Assembly (NCBI GenBank): GCA_037308085.1
Contig: CP147779.1
Span: 2,144,001-2,208,000, forward strand
DNA from: Promethearchaeati archaeon SRVP18_Atabeyarchaeia-1
GTDB taxonomy: Archaea; Asgardarchaeota; Atabeyarchaeia; Atabeyarchaeales; Atabeyarchaeaceae
Length of the DNA stretch: 64,000 bases
Direction of reading: 5' to 3'
Made by a program: the position numbers and the translations under genes. Under the pieces are notes generated by a model. It made no database searches and had not been told where the DNA came from. It worked only from the letters and a program-made list of their open reading frames with translations. Positions 39,635 through 50,483 of this stretch are shown here, piece after piece (the stretch's first letter is position 1; each line of letters starts with the position of its first letter).

Positions 39635-40530
39635 AGAAAGTGGGACGATTGAACATTCAGGAAATAGGAAGACGAGGGGTCCTCTTTACGTTCGAGAAAC
39701 CCTTCAAAACAAACGTATTCATCATCACAGGTAATAACCACGTTTTCCTCCTGGACACATTCTTGGGAAACGAACCAATGATGGAGATAAAACGGTACCT
39801 AGAGGAGAAAGGGCTCCACTCACGACCAGTGGTCGTTTTCAATTCTCACGCGGACTATGACCACTACTGGGGAAATGGCAGTTTCGGGACTTCCATCATC
39901 ATCGGCCATGAGCTATGCCTAAAAAGGATAGAAAAGGAAAGCTCGGAAGCACTGAGCAGCTTCGAGGGCGAAAAACAAGGCGATGTGGAGATAGTCCCTC
40001 CAAACCTCGTTTTCAGTGAGAGGATCGTCTTCGTGGATGAAGGCGTGGAGTTCTACTATACGCCTGGACACACGACCGACTCAGCTTCATGCTTCGATCA
40101 TGTTGACAGAACACTCTTCGTTGGGGACAATATTGAGTCACCTATTCCCTACCTCAACGAACTGGATTTTCGAACATACAAATCCACACTACAGGAGTAC
40201 CTAATCCGGGAAGCAAAAACTGTGCTATGCGGTCACAGTGGCGCTATGAATGACGCCAATTTGATCAAGGACTGCCTCGACTATGTGAACAGATTTGAGT
40301 GGCAGCGAGTTGAAACGGACAAGCTCGATAGAAAAGGCAAGATCACTCACTTCATGAACATCTCGAATATCGCCGACAAGCTCAAGGATCGGCGACTGCT
40401 AAAGGAAGCGCTAAGCTACTACAAACAGGGACGGGCTCTACTCGATCAAATGCCGGACGATGTGCAGGGGAAAGAGCAGCAGAAGAAGAGAATCGACGAG
40501 ATCATAACTCTCCTGTCAAGTCAGCAATAG
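39628..40530 (+). CDS. Metallo-beta-lactamase-fold hydrolase
   Basis: NSHADYDHYWGN, TPGHT, FVGD, CGH. Confidence 0.9.
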   Translation: MVEKVGRLNIQEIGRRGVLFTFEKPFKTNVFIITGNNHVFLLDTFLGNEPMMEIKRYLEEKGLHSRPVVVFNSHADYDHYWGNGSFGTSIIIGHELCLKRIEKESSEALSSFEGEKQGDVEIVPPNLVFSERIVFVDEGVEFYYTPGHTTDSASCFDHVDRTLFVGDNIESPIPYLNELDFRTYKSTLQEYLIREAKTVLCGHSGAMNDANLIKDCLDYVNRFEWQRVETDKLDRKGKITHFMNISNIADKLKDRRLLKEALSYYKQGRALLDQMPDDVQGKEQQKKRIDEIITLLSSQQ

Positions 40531-40543
40531 GAGGGAAGAAGTC

Positions 40544-41683
40544 ATGGTGACCTTCGTCGAGAAAGAGTTCAAGTCTGTCCTAAATGTGAAGAAGTTCATA
40601 GACAGCTGGTTCTGGGTCAAGTATGGCATAAACCCCTACAATGGATGCCAGTTTGGCTGCATCTACTGTGACTCGCGCAGCGCAAAGTACCACTTGCCGA
40701 CTGACTTCGAGAGCACCATACTTGTCAAAAAGAACGTTGGTGCAATGCTCGACAGAAGAATAGCCAACGCACGAACCTTGCTGCCTGACGTTACTGGAAC
40801 AGGGGGGACAACTGATCCCTACCAACCTGCAGAGAAGAAATACGAGAACACAAGGCAGTGCCTGCAAGTTCTCGCGAAACACCGTTATCCCGTTCTCATC
40901 GGTACAAAATCCAACCTCGTCCTCCGAGACCTTGAACTGCTCGAAGCGATCGGCATGAACAACTGGTGCACCGTCGGCATAACGATCACAACCACTGATC
41001 CTGAGAAGGCGAAGTTTCTTGAGCGGTCTGCTCCCTCACCTGAGGAAAGACTTGACACAATAAGATCGATAAAAGAGCAGACGGAGCATGTGCAGGCAGG
41101 AGTTTGGCTCATCCCCGTAGTGCCGTTCATCACTGACTCAGACAATGACCTTGAGGATGTAGTTAGAGCATCCAAGGAAGCGGGTGCCGACTTTGTCCTC
41201 TTCGGAGGCGGCATGACTATGAGGGATATGCAGGCAAATTGGTTCCTGAAGCATCTCCAGGAGAAGCACCAAGCGCTGCTCAAGAATTATGAGGAACTGT
41301 ACCAGTTCAAGTACGACCCAAATATATACGGCGGACAGTACGAGCCATCCAGAAAATACTCAACGGCAATAACCAAGAAGTTCTTCGCCTTAGCTGAGAA
41401 GTACGGGATATCCACCAGAATGAGAAGATACATACCACAGGATTTCAGAAGAGACAACTACATAATCGCTGAGAAACTTCTTAACGAGTCTTACCATTCT
41501 CAAGCGATTGGAAAAGCCTGGAGCGGCAAGTTCTGGGCCGGCCAGAACATACAGAATCTCAAGGAACCTATCAGCAACATTGCAGAGAGAGGCGAGTTGC
41601 AGAAGATCAGAAGCGTCAACGGGCTAGTGGAATCACTTGTCAAAGAGTACTTCAAGCCAGCCCAGGGACGTGGGCTTTCCTGA
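40544..41683 (+). CDS. Radical SAM protein (SplB-like / Rv2578c family)
   Basis: NPYNGCQFGCIYCD, TDPYQPAE, TKS.LVLRD, PVVPFITD. Confidence 0.9.
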   Translation: MVTFVEKEFKSVLNVKKFIDSWFWVKYGINPYNGCQFGCIYCDSRSAKYHLPTDFESTILVKKNVGAMLDRRIANARTLLPDVTGTGGTTDPYQPAEKKYENTRQCLQVLAKHRYPVLIGTKSNLVLRDLELLEAIGMNNWCTVGITITTTDPEKAKFLERSAPSPEERLDTIRSIKEQTEHVQAGVWLIPVVPFITDSDNDLEDVVRASKEAGADFVLFGGGMTMRDMQANWFLKHLQEKHQALLKNYEELYQFKYDPNIYGGQYEPSRKYSTAITKKFFALAEKYGISTRMRRYIPQDFRRDNYIIAEKLLNESYHSQAIGKAWSGKFWAGQNIQNLKEPISNIAERGELQKIRSVNGLVESLVKEYFKPAQGRGLS

Positions 41684-41835
41684 CTGCATTTGCGATTTTA
41701 GTGAGCAGACCAGCTGAGGATTCTGCAACATGGACGCAAATGTGTGGAATTCGGTTTCCACCTTAACATTCTACTATTTCCACCTTACTATTAGTATTGT
41801 AACAACATGAAATTAGGATAGGAGAAAGAAGGAAC

Positions 41836-43515
41836 TTGTATAACAAAAGGAACAAGCTGATCACCTTTGCACTTCTAAGCGTAGTGTTGATCGGAGTTAC
41901 ATTTGTGTCAGCTTCGCCGGCTGCAGCAGTGAACACGCAGGGAGCACCAGGCGTCGAAGGCAACTTCAAGGGACAGCTTCCCAACGGCGTCTGGTATAAC
42001 GTGGAGAACGTAACTTCCAACTTCCCACTTCAAAACGCCACTGGGACTGACGTACAGTACCATCTCTTCTCGTTCGGTAATCAATTGTACGCGATCAAGG
42101 AGAACAACAACTGGGGACTAAACATCACCGTTAAATTCTGGTTCTACAGAGTGACCTTGGTATCAAATCCAGATGGATCCGCAAGGCCATCAGGTGACGA
42201 AGTTAGAGTCACTACCACCGCAATACTAGTTAACGGATCCTATTCAGCGAGTCACCAGAGAACATTCGAGTGGTACAACGTTACAACTACTGGCCTTACC
42301 GCTGCACCCACCTTCACTAGACTCGACAACAGCAGCATGAGGAACCTGAAAACTGCCGCCTCCATCTTGTGGCTGGCAGCAGTACTTACGGGTAACCTGG
42401 TTGCTTTCGTGTACCTTAGTTGGGGGCTCGGCTTGATGTCTAACGACACGAGTCCCGTCGTCCAAAGCGTGCCCTTTGCATACTTCAACTATGCGATCGC
42501 CGAAGACTTCTTCCCGTACTTTACGAGTACCATGAGCGGCACCGCCGAATTCGACATGATGAAGATCAGGCACGACCTACTAGGCTTAGTTGTGTACAAC
42601 GACACTAACGGCGACCACGTGATGGGTCTCAAATATAATCAATTACATGACGCCAATACTGGAACAAGCTATCCTGGAATTCCTCTCACCGAGGCGACAT
42701 ATGTTTTCGGAGCAGCCTCTGTACATCGTGTTGGAACTGATTGGGGAGCCATACCCACCTACAACGCAACCTCTGGTTCCATCGACTGGAGCTTTTCGCT
42801 CTTTGGTGTAAAGGGAACCCTGATCCCTGTTGCAGCGATCATGCCGTCTGTTGGCACATCAATTGACCAAGTCAAGTTCGCATTCCACTTCATCCGACCT
42901 GGTAATGGCGATGAGGCGGGGGTCAAGGTCGATGAGCACATCGGCACCTTCGCGGGTATTGCATACAATAATTCTTTCAGCAAGCTTTCGCTCGCAATAG
43001 TCTATTTCTCATACGTTGAGAATCTCCAACACGGCCGCTACAAACTTGACATGACGACTGATAGCGGCGCATCCCTAGACTCAGAGAGCAACGCGACAGC
43101 TCCACAGCCCACGCTGAAGTTCCGTGGAGGCAGCTTTGACTCAGGCTACATCAAGATCGGAGGAGACACTTATTACTGGGGTAGATATGGTCTTTCAGAC
43201 AACGCGGCGTACTCGAACGTTGTGCCATGGTTCTTCTTCGGTGAACACTTTGCACTTGCCGGCAATTACTCTGTAACCGGAATAGCGTTCAACAAGTACG
43301 TGTTCTTCTATGAGGCATGTTTCCCCGAGTGGGCGGGCTACAGCATAACGCACGACCCGTACTTCGCAGTGTTTCCAGCCTCGGCTCCTGGTGAAGGAAT
43401 ACCGACAATGTTGCTCATCGTCGCTGGTGCGGGGATAGGAATTCTCGCAGCTGCAGTCGTGGTGATTTCTAGGCGTAGAAGGGTGACTGAAACTGGTGTG
43501 ATCAAGACTCCTTGA
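41836..43515 (+). CDS. Secreted, C-terminally anchored cell-surface glycoprotein
   Basis: Signal peptide, many N-x-S/T sites, ITHDP before the C-terminal TM, RRRR stop-transfer. Confidence 0.75.
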   Translation: MYNKRNKLITFALLSVVLIGVTFVSASPAAAVNTQGAPGVEGNFKGQLPNGVWYNVENVTSNFPLQNATGTDVQYHLFSFGNQLYAIKENNNWGLNITVKFWFYRVTLVSNPDGSARPSGDEVRVTTTAILVNGSYSASHQRTFEWYNVTTTGLTAAPTFTRLDNSSMRNLKTAASILWLAAVLTGNLVAFVYLSWGLGLMSNDTSPVVQSVPFAYFNYAIAEDFFPYFTSTMSGTAEFDMMKIRHDLLGLVVYNDTNGDHVMGLKYNQLHDANTGTSYPGIPLTEATYVFGAASVHRVGTDWGAIPTYNATSGSIDWSFSLFGVKGTLIPVAAIMPSVGTSIDQVKFAFHFIRPGNGDEAGVKVDEHIGTFAGIAYNNSFSKLSLAIVYFSYVENLQHGRYKLDMTTDSGASLDSESNATAPQPTLKFRGGSFDSGYIKIGGDTYYWGRYGLSDNAAYSNVVPWFFFGEHFALAGNYSVTGIAFNKYVFFYEACFPEWAGYSITHDPYFAVFPASAPGEGIPTMLLIVAGAGIGILAAAVVVISRRRRVTETGVIKTP

Positions 43516-43552
43516 AGACAGCTAGACGTTAGGAATGCTGAGTACTGCACTC

Positions 43553-43577
43553 TTCCCTTCCTTTTTTTCTTTTTTTC
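43553..43577 (+). terminator. Archaeal T-rich terminator
   Basis: Pyrimidine/oligo-T tract CCTTTTTTTCTTTTTT about 45 bp after the stop at 43515. Confidence 0.55.
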
Positions 43578-43778
43578 GACATCGCTTGATGAAGGCAAGT
43601 CGAGACTTACCCCGCGGGTCTTGCTAAGAAACCTGAGTCAGCGCGCAGGGTAGATTTATCTTCACTGGTCTTGCGCACAATTGATCTGATTCCGCGATTT
43701 GATCTGAAGTACGCTGCGTTTCTCGAAAAAAAAAGAATGGAATGGTAAGGGTCCGCCGAGGGTATGAGCCCGTGTCCC

Positions 43779-44792
43779 TTATTCTTTGGGTCTGAATGGT
43801 GACGACCATGTTAGCAAGTTGAACAGTATGTACCACACGATGGTGTAGATCACCATTGATATTACTGCTATCCCGCCAATCCCGCCAAGCCCGCCTACTA
43901 TTACTACGGGTAGGAGCAGAACACTTGCGAAGTCTTCGAAGAGCGTGAAAAGTATATCGCGGTTATAGTTGTAATCGCGGGTTTCGATTTGTAGTACTGC
44001 GAAGACTACGGTCATGACGAGGAGTATAAGTGCTGAGACTCCTTCTGGGGTGGCCTGTATGTTGACGAATCCTGTGAGGAACAGTGGAACGAAGACTCCG
44101 ATCTTCACGCCATAGCCGAAGAGCCTAGCTCTGAAGCTGCACTTGAATTTCCCTTTCTCCACTTTGACTTTTAGCGCCCTAAGCAGGTTTGGTTCTTTCT
44201 CGATTGTGATGTCCTTGAGGTAGATCTCCCATCCTACTTGGAATATCAACGTGAACACGATGTAGGTAATTGAAGGCAAGAATAGCGATAGCGATGAAGC
44301 GGGAGTTGCGTAGAGGAAGAAGCTAGCAGAGCAAAGCGAGCTGTAAGCCAAGGTGAATGGTATGAAGGCCAGAACCGTGCTTTTGTTCATTCCGTCGCTG
44401 TAGGCGTGCCCAGCCACTATGAATAGAATCATGAAGCTCAAAGAAACAACCTGCTGCCCTGGAGAAGTGAGAACTAGGAGCAGTCCAGCGAAAGCAGCGA
44501 ATATCAGTAGCCAGTTGACATACTTGTGTGCTTCATCTATCTGAATAGCACCTGAAACCAAGGGATCGTGTTTCCTGTGTGGATTCTCCTTGTCGAAGCC
44601 GCGCGTTGTGTCCATCACCGTGTTGTGACCGAATGTTACCCAGTGGACCAAGGTTGCCCAGAGAACAAGCCAGACGTTGTACCATGAGAGGAATGACCCT
44701 CCGCCTATCAAGAAGAACACTTCAACAAGTATTACAGTCATTGGCGATTTGTTTACCCGGAAAAGTCTAAGCCAATCTAGAAACTTAGCCAT
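43779..44792 (-). CDS. UbiA-superfamily prenyltransferase
   Basis: Multi-TM; N..MD...FD..NPHRK..PLVSGAI; second motif KD. Confidence 0.7.
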   Translation of the reverse strand: MAKFLDWLRLFRVNKSPMTVILVEVFFLIGGGSFLSWYNVWLVLWATLVHWVTFGHNTVMDTTRGFDKENPHRKHDPLVSGAIQIDEAHKYVNWLLIFAAFAGLLLVLTSPGQQVVSLSFMILFIVAGHAYSDGMNKSTVLAFIPFTLAYSSLCSASFFLYATPASSLSLFLPSITYIVFTLIFQVGWEIYLKDITIEKEPNLLRALKVKVEKGKFKCSFRARLFGYGVKIGVFVPLFLTGFVNIQATPEGVSALILLVMTVVFAVLQIETRDYNYNRDILFTLFEDFASVLLLPVVIVGGLGGIGGIAVISMVIYTIVWYILFNLLTWSSPFRPKE

Positions 44793-44967
44793 AGCTATCT
44801 GTCGCCTCTGAATTGAGACGTATTATCTTATCCCTAATAAACCAACTCGCCTAATAAACCTTCATTTCCCCGATACCGCCTATTTTACGGTTGTGCGGTT
44901 CTGACGCGGGTCTCTACTAAGCAAAGTCTTTATGTTGACGGAAGCCGCGTTATTGCGGGTGATTAAC

Positions 44968-45564
44968 TTGTTTGATGACGACTGGTGGGAACGATGGTTC
45001 AGGAAGGGTATGCCTCCATTCTTCAAGGGATGGGACACGGACGAGATGGATGAGGCTTTCGAGGAAATGGATAAGATGTTCGAGGACATAATGAGAAAAG
45101 CCCCGAAGGATCTCATACGTGAGCGCAGGCTGCCTGACGGGACAATGAGGCAAGAGTGGGGTCCCTTCGTCTATGGGTACAGTATAACGATAGGCCCGGA
45201 CGGGAAGCCTGAGATAAGAGAATTCGGCAACATGAAACCCGAGCTCAGCCCCAAGCCGGGCAGGCCGCGCCTCGATGTAAAGAAGGCTAGAGAACCTCTT
45301 GTGGACGTCACGATGACTGATGGTGAAGTCAAAGTAATCGCTGAGCTTCCTGGGGTGGAGAAAGATGACATCAAGCTCGCAGCAACTGAGGATGAGCTGA
45401 CAATCTTGGTTGACAATCCAATACGAAAGTACCAGAAGGCAATCGATCTGCCAACGGAGGTCAATCCCAAGCAACTTAAGTGGACCTACAAGAACGGTAT
45501 TCTGGAGGTCACTCTGCCAAAAAAGGGTGGAGAGGTGCCATCGGGTAAACCCAGACTAGTTTGA
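44968..45564 (+). CDS. hsp20: Archaeal small heat-shock protein Hsp20
   Basis: GPFVYGYSITIGPDGKPEIREFGN, EPLVDV, AELPGVEKDDI, YKNGILEV. TTG start after GGGTGA. Confidence 0.95.
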   Translation: MFDDDWWERWFRKGMPPFFKGWDTDEMDEAFEEMDKMFEDIMRKAPKDLIRERRLPDGTMRQEWGPFVYGYSITIGPDGKPEIREFGNMKPELSPKPGRPRLDVKKAREPLVDVTMTDGEVKVIAELPGVEKDDIKLAATEDELTILVDNPIRKYQKAIDLPTEVNPKQLKWTYKNGILEVTLPKKGGEVPSGKPRLV

Positions 45565-45601
45565 GCTCTGCTTTCCATTGTTGAACTTGGAGGGTCGCTT
45601 G

Positions 45602-47314
45602 TCACTTGAGCATCTTCAGGAACTCTTCGACCTTTCTTGTGTTAACTATGTTCTCTGCTGTCGCCCATCCCCTGCGGGCTTGGGCTACTCCGAGTTCCAG
45701 ATAGTGGAGGTGCAGGGTGCTGTGGGCGTCTGAGCTTATGCCAAGCTTTGCTTTGCTCTGCACTGCTTTCTTTATGTATTCGTCCTTAAGATCCAATCTG
45801 TCCGGATAGGAATCTATATCTAGTACGGTTCCCGTATCCTTTGCCTTGCTGATTACCTGTTCTACATCAAGCTGAACCGCTTCCCTTTTCTGGATCTGCC
45901 TTTCGGTTGGATGGCAGAGGATGTCCAGGTTTGGGTTCTCCAGCGCCTTGAGGATCCTCTCAGTCATCTCATCTTTCGGTAGGTTTAGGTTGGAGTGGAC
46001 TGCTCCGCCGACTACGTCGAGATTCTTCAGGGCGTCGTCGGATATGTCCAGGCTGCCGTTCTTCTGTATGTTCAGCTCAACGCCTTTGAGGATCCTTATT
46101 CCTGATAGTTCTTTGTTCGTCTCTTCTATCTCCTGGGCTTGCTTGAGTAGCATCTTCTCATCGAGTCCGCCGGTCATCGCGAGACCCTTTGAGTGGTCTG
46201 ATATCACGATGTAGCTCAAACCCATCTTCTTCGCTTCAAGAGCCATTTCCTTTATCGAGTTTGCACCGTCCGTCCATTTGGTGTGGGCCTGCGTGTCTCC
46301 GTGCAGGTCCTTGTACTCGACAAGTTTAGGCAAGCTGTGTTTTACCGCAGCTTCAATTTCACCAGTATTCTCCCTGAGTTCGGGTGGCATCCAGTCTAGA
46401 CCCAGCTTTTCGTAGACCTCCTCCTCGGTTCTACCCGCAACCTGCAAGTTTTCTTTGAAGAGACCGTACTCGCTGAGCTTCAGCCCCTTCTCCTGCGCGA
46501 TTCTCCTCAGAGCGACGTTGTGGTCTTTTCCGCCAGTGAAGTATTGAAGGGCAGCGCCGAAACTCTCGTCTTGCAGGACTCTAATATCCGCGTCCAATCC
46601 GTTCTTCAGCTTCACAGTGGACTTCGTCGTTCCTTTACTTATTACGTCGACAACATCAGGCATCGACACGAAGAAGTCCATGACCTTCGCGGCGTCCTTG
46701 GATATGACGAGGAAGTCAGCATCACCTATGGTTTCTTTCCATCTTCTCACTGAGCCGCTTGCAACAACCCTGCTTACCCCGGGCACAGATCTCAGCCGGC
46801 CCTCTATTTCACGTATTTGTGGCAGGATGAAGCCGAGAATGAACCTGCCTTTTCCCTTCTTCGCGAATTCGATTCCCTTTAGTATGTTCTGTTCAGTTTT
46901 CTCCTTGAAGCCCGGAAGCTTCGATATTCTGTGCTCCTGTGCCACCTTCTCGAGGTCGTCCATGTTCTTGACGCCGAGCTGCTCGTAGAGCTCCTTGATG
47001 GTTTTGGGACCCATGCCCTCGATCTTAGACAAGCTTTCCAGGTCGACTGGAACCTTCTTCTTCAACGTGTCGTAATACTCGAGCTTTCCGCTTTTCAGGA
47101 GCTCCTCGATCTTCTCGGCTATGCTCTTCCCGACGCCCGGGATGCCCATAAGGGCTTTGAGTCCGCCCTTCCCGTAGATGTCCTCGGCCTCCTCCTCCAA
47201 AGCCTCTATAGATCTCGCAGCCTTCTCGTAGGCGCGTGGCTTGAACTGAACGTTATCCATCTCTAGGAGCATGGCGATCTCATTCAGGATTCTGACGATT
47301 TCATAGTTCCTCAT
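45602..47314 (-). CDS. polX: DNA polymerase X / PHP 3'-5' exonuclease
   Basis: FKPRAY, IPGVGKSIA, GSVRRWKETIGDADFL, YFTG.KDHN; PHP motifs HTKWTDG, SDHS, CHP, SSDAH. Start at MRNYEI overlaps the upstream stop. Confidence 0.95.
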   Translation of the reverse strand: MRNYEIVRILNEIAMLLEMDNVQFKPRAYEKAARSIEALEEEAEDIYGKGGLKALMGIPGVGKSIAEKIEELLKSGKLEYYDTLKKKVPVDLESLSKIEGMGPKTIKELYEQLGVKNMDDLEKVAQEHRISKLPGFKEKTEQNILKGIEFAKKGKGRFILGFILPQIREIEGRLRSVPGVSRVVASGSVRRWKETIGDADFLVISKDAAKVMDFFVSMPDVVDVISKGTTKSTVKLKNGLDADIRVLQDESFGAALQYFTGGKDHNVALRRIAQEKGLKLSEYGLFKENLQVAGRTEEEVYEKLGLDWMPPELRENTGEIEAAVKHSLPKLVEYKDLHGDTQAHTKWTDGANSIKEMALEAKKMGLSYIVISDHSKGLAMTGGLDEKMLLKQAQEIEETNKELSGIRILKGVELNIQKNGSLDISDDALKNLDVVGGAVHSNLNLPKDEMTERILKALENPNLDILCHPTERQIQKREAVQLDVEQVISKAKDTGTVLDIDSYPDRLDLKDEYIKKAVQSKAKLGISSDAHSTLHLHYLELGVAQARRGWATAENIVNTRKVEEFLKMLK

Positions 47315-48084
47315 GTCTCTGTCTCCTTCTTCTGCTCTGGGCCTATTCTTCTCTGCACTTTCCTCCATGTCTCTGTGACGAGGAAACTCTCTTCCATGTT
47401 TTCGATCATTCGAGTGAATCGACTCATTGGCACCGAGAATGTCAAGATATTTCTTGGAACGTAGGGGCGGGCTGAGGGATCGAACATTCCGATGACGCCC
47501 CGTGGGCGGCTCGAGTTCCTCTCCGAATAGGGGTATAGCACAATCGTTGAGCATCCTGATCCGTGCGGGGCGAAGACCGAGTTTGGCTCTGCCTCATCGT
47601 AGCTTGCGAGAGTGCAGAGGCCGGACAGAACATCCGGCTCCGTATAGAAGATGACCACTTCCGGCTCGTCTACCTCCTCAAGCATGTCCCACCTCTTGAA
47701 TATGATGAACTTTGCTGGAGCCTTGAAGTCGGGCACGTACTTCATCGATTCCTTGACAACTTCAGGGGACTTCTTGTAGCGCTCACCCTGCAGCTTGCTT
47801 GGTATGCCACATGATAGGAAGTAGTCGAAGTCCGGCATTAGCTTATCCGAGAAGCCTAGGTACTTCCTTCCGCCGAAACACCGAATTGACTCGGCGTCAA
47901 AGCAGAGAGACGTGCCTTTTCTTACGCTGGACAGTGCCCACAATACACATCTTGGCACCGAATCGGGTTCGACAGGTGCGACGCGCCCTTCTTCGTCAGT
48001 GTAGTAGAATATGATGGGAAGCTCGGAGTTGTTGAAATACTTCTTCCAGAGCTCAATGAATCTCAACTTCATCTTAATGTCCAT
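47311..48084 (-). CDS. DUF169 family protein
   Basis: CFGGRKYLG, FLSCGIP..GERYKKSPE, GSGCSTIV.YP, GMFDPSARP. Confidence 0.85.
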   Translation of the reverse strand: MDIKMKLRFIELWKKYFNNSELPIIFYYTDEEGRVAPVEPDSVPRCVLWALSSVRKGTSLCFDAESIRCFGGRKYLGFSDKLMPDFDYFLSCGIPSKLQGERYKKSPEVVKESMKYVPDFKAPAKFIIFKRWDMLEEVDEPEVVIFYTEPDVLSGLCTLASYDEAEPNSVFAPHGSGCSTIVLYPYSERNSSRPRGVIGMFDPSARPYVPRNILTFSVPMSRFTRMIENMEESFLVTETWRKVQRRIGPEQKKETET

Positions 48085-48159
48085 AGAAAATCCTCCAGTC
48101 CCTGTTCCCTTCCGACAAATGCATACTGCACATTTCAGGTAATTAAGTTTGACACGTTC

Positions 48160-48939
48160 CTACCGCCGGCGGTCGGCGTCCAGGCGAGATGCCCTCACCA
48201 GTTCGATTGCCTCCTCTTCCGGCACATCATACCATTCCTCATATGCGTCCGCGACTGCAAAAGAGTATCCACTCCTCACATTCAGGCAGAGCAGTTCGTC
48301 GACGCTTGGTGAGACCAGGTTGATCGCCTTCAATGATCCAGTAGGGGCAGCCACTACTATTCTGCCTGGCCTTCTCTTCTTTATGGATTCAGCTGATGCC
48401 AGCATTGTATACCCGGAGGCTATTCCGTCGTCGACCAGAATAACCGTCCTGCCTTGAACGTCCTGCAACAGCCCATCTTTCCCCTCGGTGAGGAACTTCC
48501 TCGCCCTCTCATCAAGCCCCTCCTTCGATTTCCTAATGCTCTGATCGATCTGGGTTTTGGACAAGCCTAGAGTCCTCACCAGGGAGTCGTTGAGGAAGAT
48601 CGAGCCATCGAAAGTCACCGAGCCAAAACCGGCTTCAGGCTCCCACGGAATAGGTATCTTTCTAACCAAGATGACATCTAAAGGAACCTGCATTTTCCCT
48701 GCAATCACGTAGCCTACTGGAACTCCACCTGAAGGGATCGCGACGACCATTGCTGATTGATCAAGCCACGCGTTTCTGCGAAGTCTTTCGGCTAGTAGCT
48801 CACCAGCATGAGTCCGGCTCTTGAATACCCCAGCCCTGTCTCTCAGTGAGGGATCATCTTCAACATTCGGAGGAAACAAATGAACATCATCACGGCAACA
48901 TGGGAGGATGACTCCTATTACGTTATGCCCACAAAACAA
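48160..48939 (-). CDS. Phosphoribosyltransferase family protein
   Basis: F.SR.HAG..LA, AIPSGGVPV, VRKIP.P..PEAGFG, VILVDDGIASG. Start uncertain. Confidence 0.9.
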   Translation of the reverse strand: MFCGHNVIGVILPCCRDDVHLFPPNVEDDPSLRDRAGVFKSRTHAGELLAERLRRNAWLDQSAMVVAIPSGGVPVGYVIAGKMQVPLDVILVRKIPIPWEPEAGFGSVTFDGSIFLNDSLVRTLGLSKTQIDQSIRKSKEGLDERARKFLTEGKDGLLQDVQGRTVILVDDGIASGYTMLASAESIKKRRPGRIVVAAPTGSLKAINLVSPSVDELLCLNVRSGYSFAVADAYEEWYDVPEEEAIELVRASRLDADRRR

Positions 48940-49012
48940 TATACGTAAATAAAAAGAAGGGAAGGATGCATCACCATCACGGGATCGGCGTCTGCTTTTC
49001 GCCTAATAGGGC

Positions 49013-49645
49013 TTACTTAGACTTCTTCTTACTTACACGAAATGCCTTCAACATGTTTATGACCAGCAGCCCAGCGTAGCCTAGGGCAGTAAACACCGTG
49101 AACCATTCAGTTATCGAGATAGTACCGACTATGACGTATGCGAGATTAATGATGGCAACAATGAAACCATAGATGGCAATAAGTCTGATGAATTTCGGAT
49201 GGGTTAACAGCGAGACGTTCGCGAAGATCAATACCAAGAGATTCAGCAAAAAGAAGACATACGACCAGAGGTGGTGAGCGCCAACCGGGAGCGAATTCTC
49301 ATAAAAGACCCCGATCATGATCAGAGAGAAAGCCGACATCATGCCGACTACCTGGGTGATGACTATGAGAATCTTCCTCCACGTCTCCTTAGTGTACCAC
49401 TTGTACAAGCCGATGTAGAACGGGAACAGCATTAGTCCTGTCAGGATGCAAGCTAGGTTGTAGAAGGTGGCGCCGTTTGGGTTGAACAGTGCGCCAGTGT
49501 TTCCAAAATCACTTAAGTAGGGCCAGGGATTCCAAGGTCCAACATACATTACAGCTGATATGAGTGTGAAGATGCAGTAGAACAATATGACGAAGATGCC
49601 CGAAATGCTGGTCAGTGGCCACTTCAATCTATCAAGAAAACTCAT
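49013..49645 (-). CDS. DUF998-like membrane protein (paralog 1)
   Basis: YLSDFGN, FYN..CILTG, LIMIGVF.E, H; multi-TM. Confidence 0.75.
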   Translation of the reverse strand: MSFLDRLKWPLTSISGIFVILFYCIFTLISAVMYVGPWNPWPYLSDFGNTGALFNPNGATFYNLACILTGLMLFPFYIGLYKWYTKETWRKILIVITQVVGMMSAFSLIMIGVFYENSLPVGAHHLWSYVFFLLNLLVLIFANVSLLTHPKFIRLIAIYGFIVAIINLAYVIVGTISITEWFTVFTALGYAGLLVINMLKAFRVSKKKSK

Positions 49646-49761
49646 TTGTTGCTCCTCCTGCGTTCTCTCCAAAATCGATTATGTTTGTTAGGGCTACTCA
49701 TATGATGCTCCTAATATAGTATTTCAAAGAAGGGGAGGAGTATGCGGCGGGAGAGCAGGTC

Positions 49762-50382
49762 TCAGGGAGTTTTTTTCGCTGCGCCGAAGACTTTCAGCAT
49801 GTTGATGACGAGGAGTCCAGCGAAGCTTAGGGCGGTGAATACCGTAAACCACTCGGTGAGCGGCCCATCGATTGTAAGATCGAAGACTAGGCTCAGCAAA
49901 GTCACTGCGTAGCCGTAGAGGGCGATCGGCTTCATGAACTTCGGATGTGTCAACAGCGAAGTGCTTGCCAATATCATTACGAAGAAGTTCACTGTGAAGA
50001 ATGCAGCCGATGAGATACCGTGCATCCTGCCAGCATCCTCCGAGTAGATACCGATCATGATTAGAGCACACGCTGAGATGAATCCGAGCACTTGTGTTAT
50101 TTGGATTAGAACAAATCTCCATTTTTCCTCATACGTATACCACTTGCTGAGGCCAAAGTAGAACAAGAATAGCGCGATGCCTGTGAGTATGCACCCTGCG
50201 TTGTAGAAGAAAGCGCCCACGGGGCTAATACCCCAGTTTCCAAAGTCGCTCAGGTAGCGAGTTGCCGGGCTAACCGCTCCAGGGTATAAGAGGATCGATG
50301 TGAGAGTAAAGACACAGTAGAATACGATGACAAGGAGCCCTCCTAGGCACCCAATTGGCCATCTTAGTGGGTTGCGTTCCAT
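49762..50382 (-). CDS. DUF998-like membrane protein (paralog 2, tandem duplicate)
   Basis: Shares YLSDFGN, CILTG, SLLTHPKF and TEWFTVFTAL with 49013-49645. Confidence 0.75.
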   Translation of the reverse strand: MERNPLRWPIGCLGGLLVIVFYCVFTLTSILLYPGAVSPATRYLSDFGNWGISPVGAFFYNAGCILTGIALFLFYFGLSKWYTYEEKWRFVLIQITQVLGFISACALIMIGIYSEDAGRMHGISSAAFFTVNFFVMILASTSLLTHPKFMKPIALYGYAVTLLSLVFDLTIDGPLTEWFTVFTALSFAGLLVINMLKVFGAAKKTP

Positions 50383-50483
50383 TACTCAGTCCTCCTCTAC
50401 TTCTCTTATGTTGCTAAGTGGCATTTTGTATTCTTGATCCCTATATACTATTTCCCATGCGGCAGACTCCCGCTTGACGCAAA

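Noticed and set aside
47315-47554. 80-aa N-terminal extension of PolX in the ORF track
   Set aside because: It overlaps the DUF169 gene; PolX homology starts at MRNYEI (47314).
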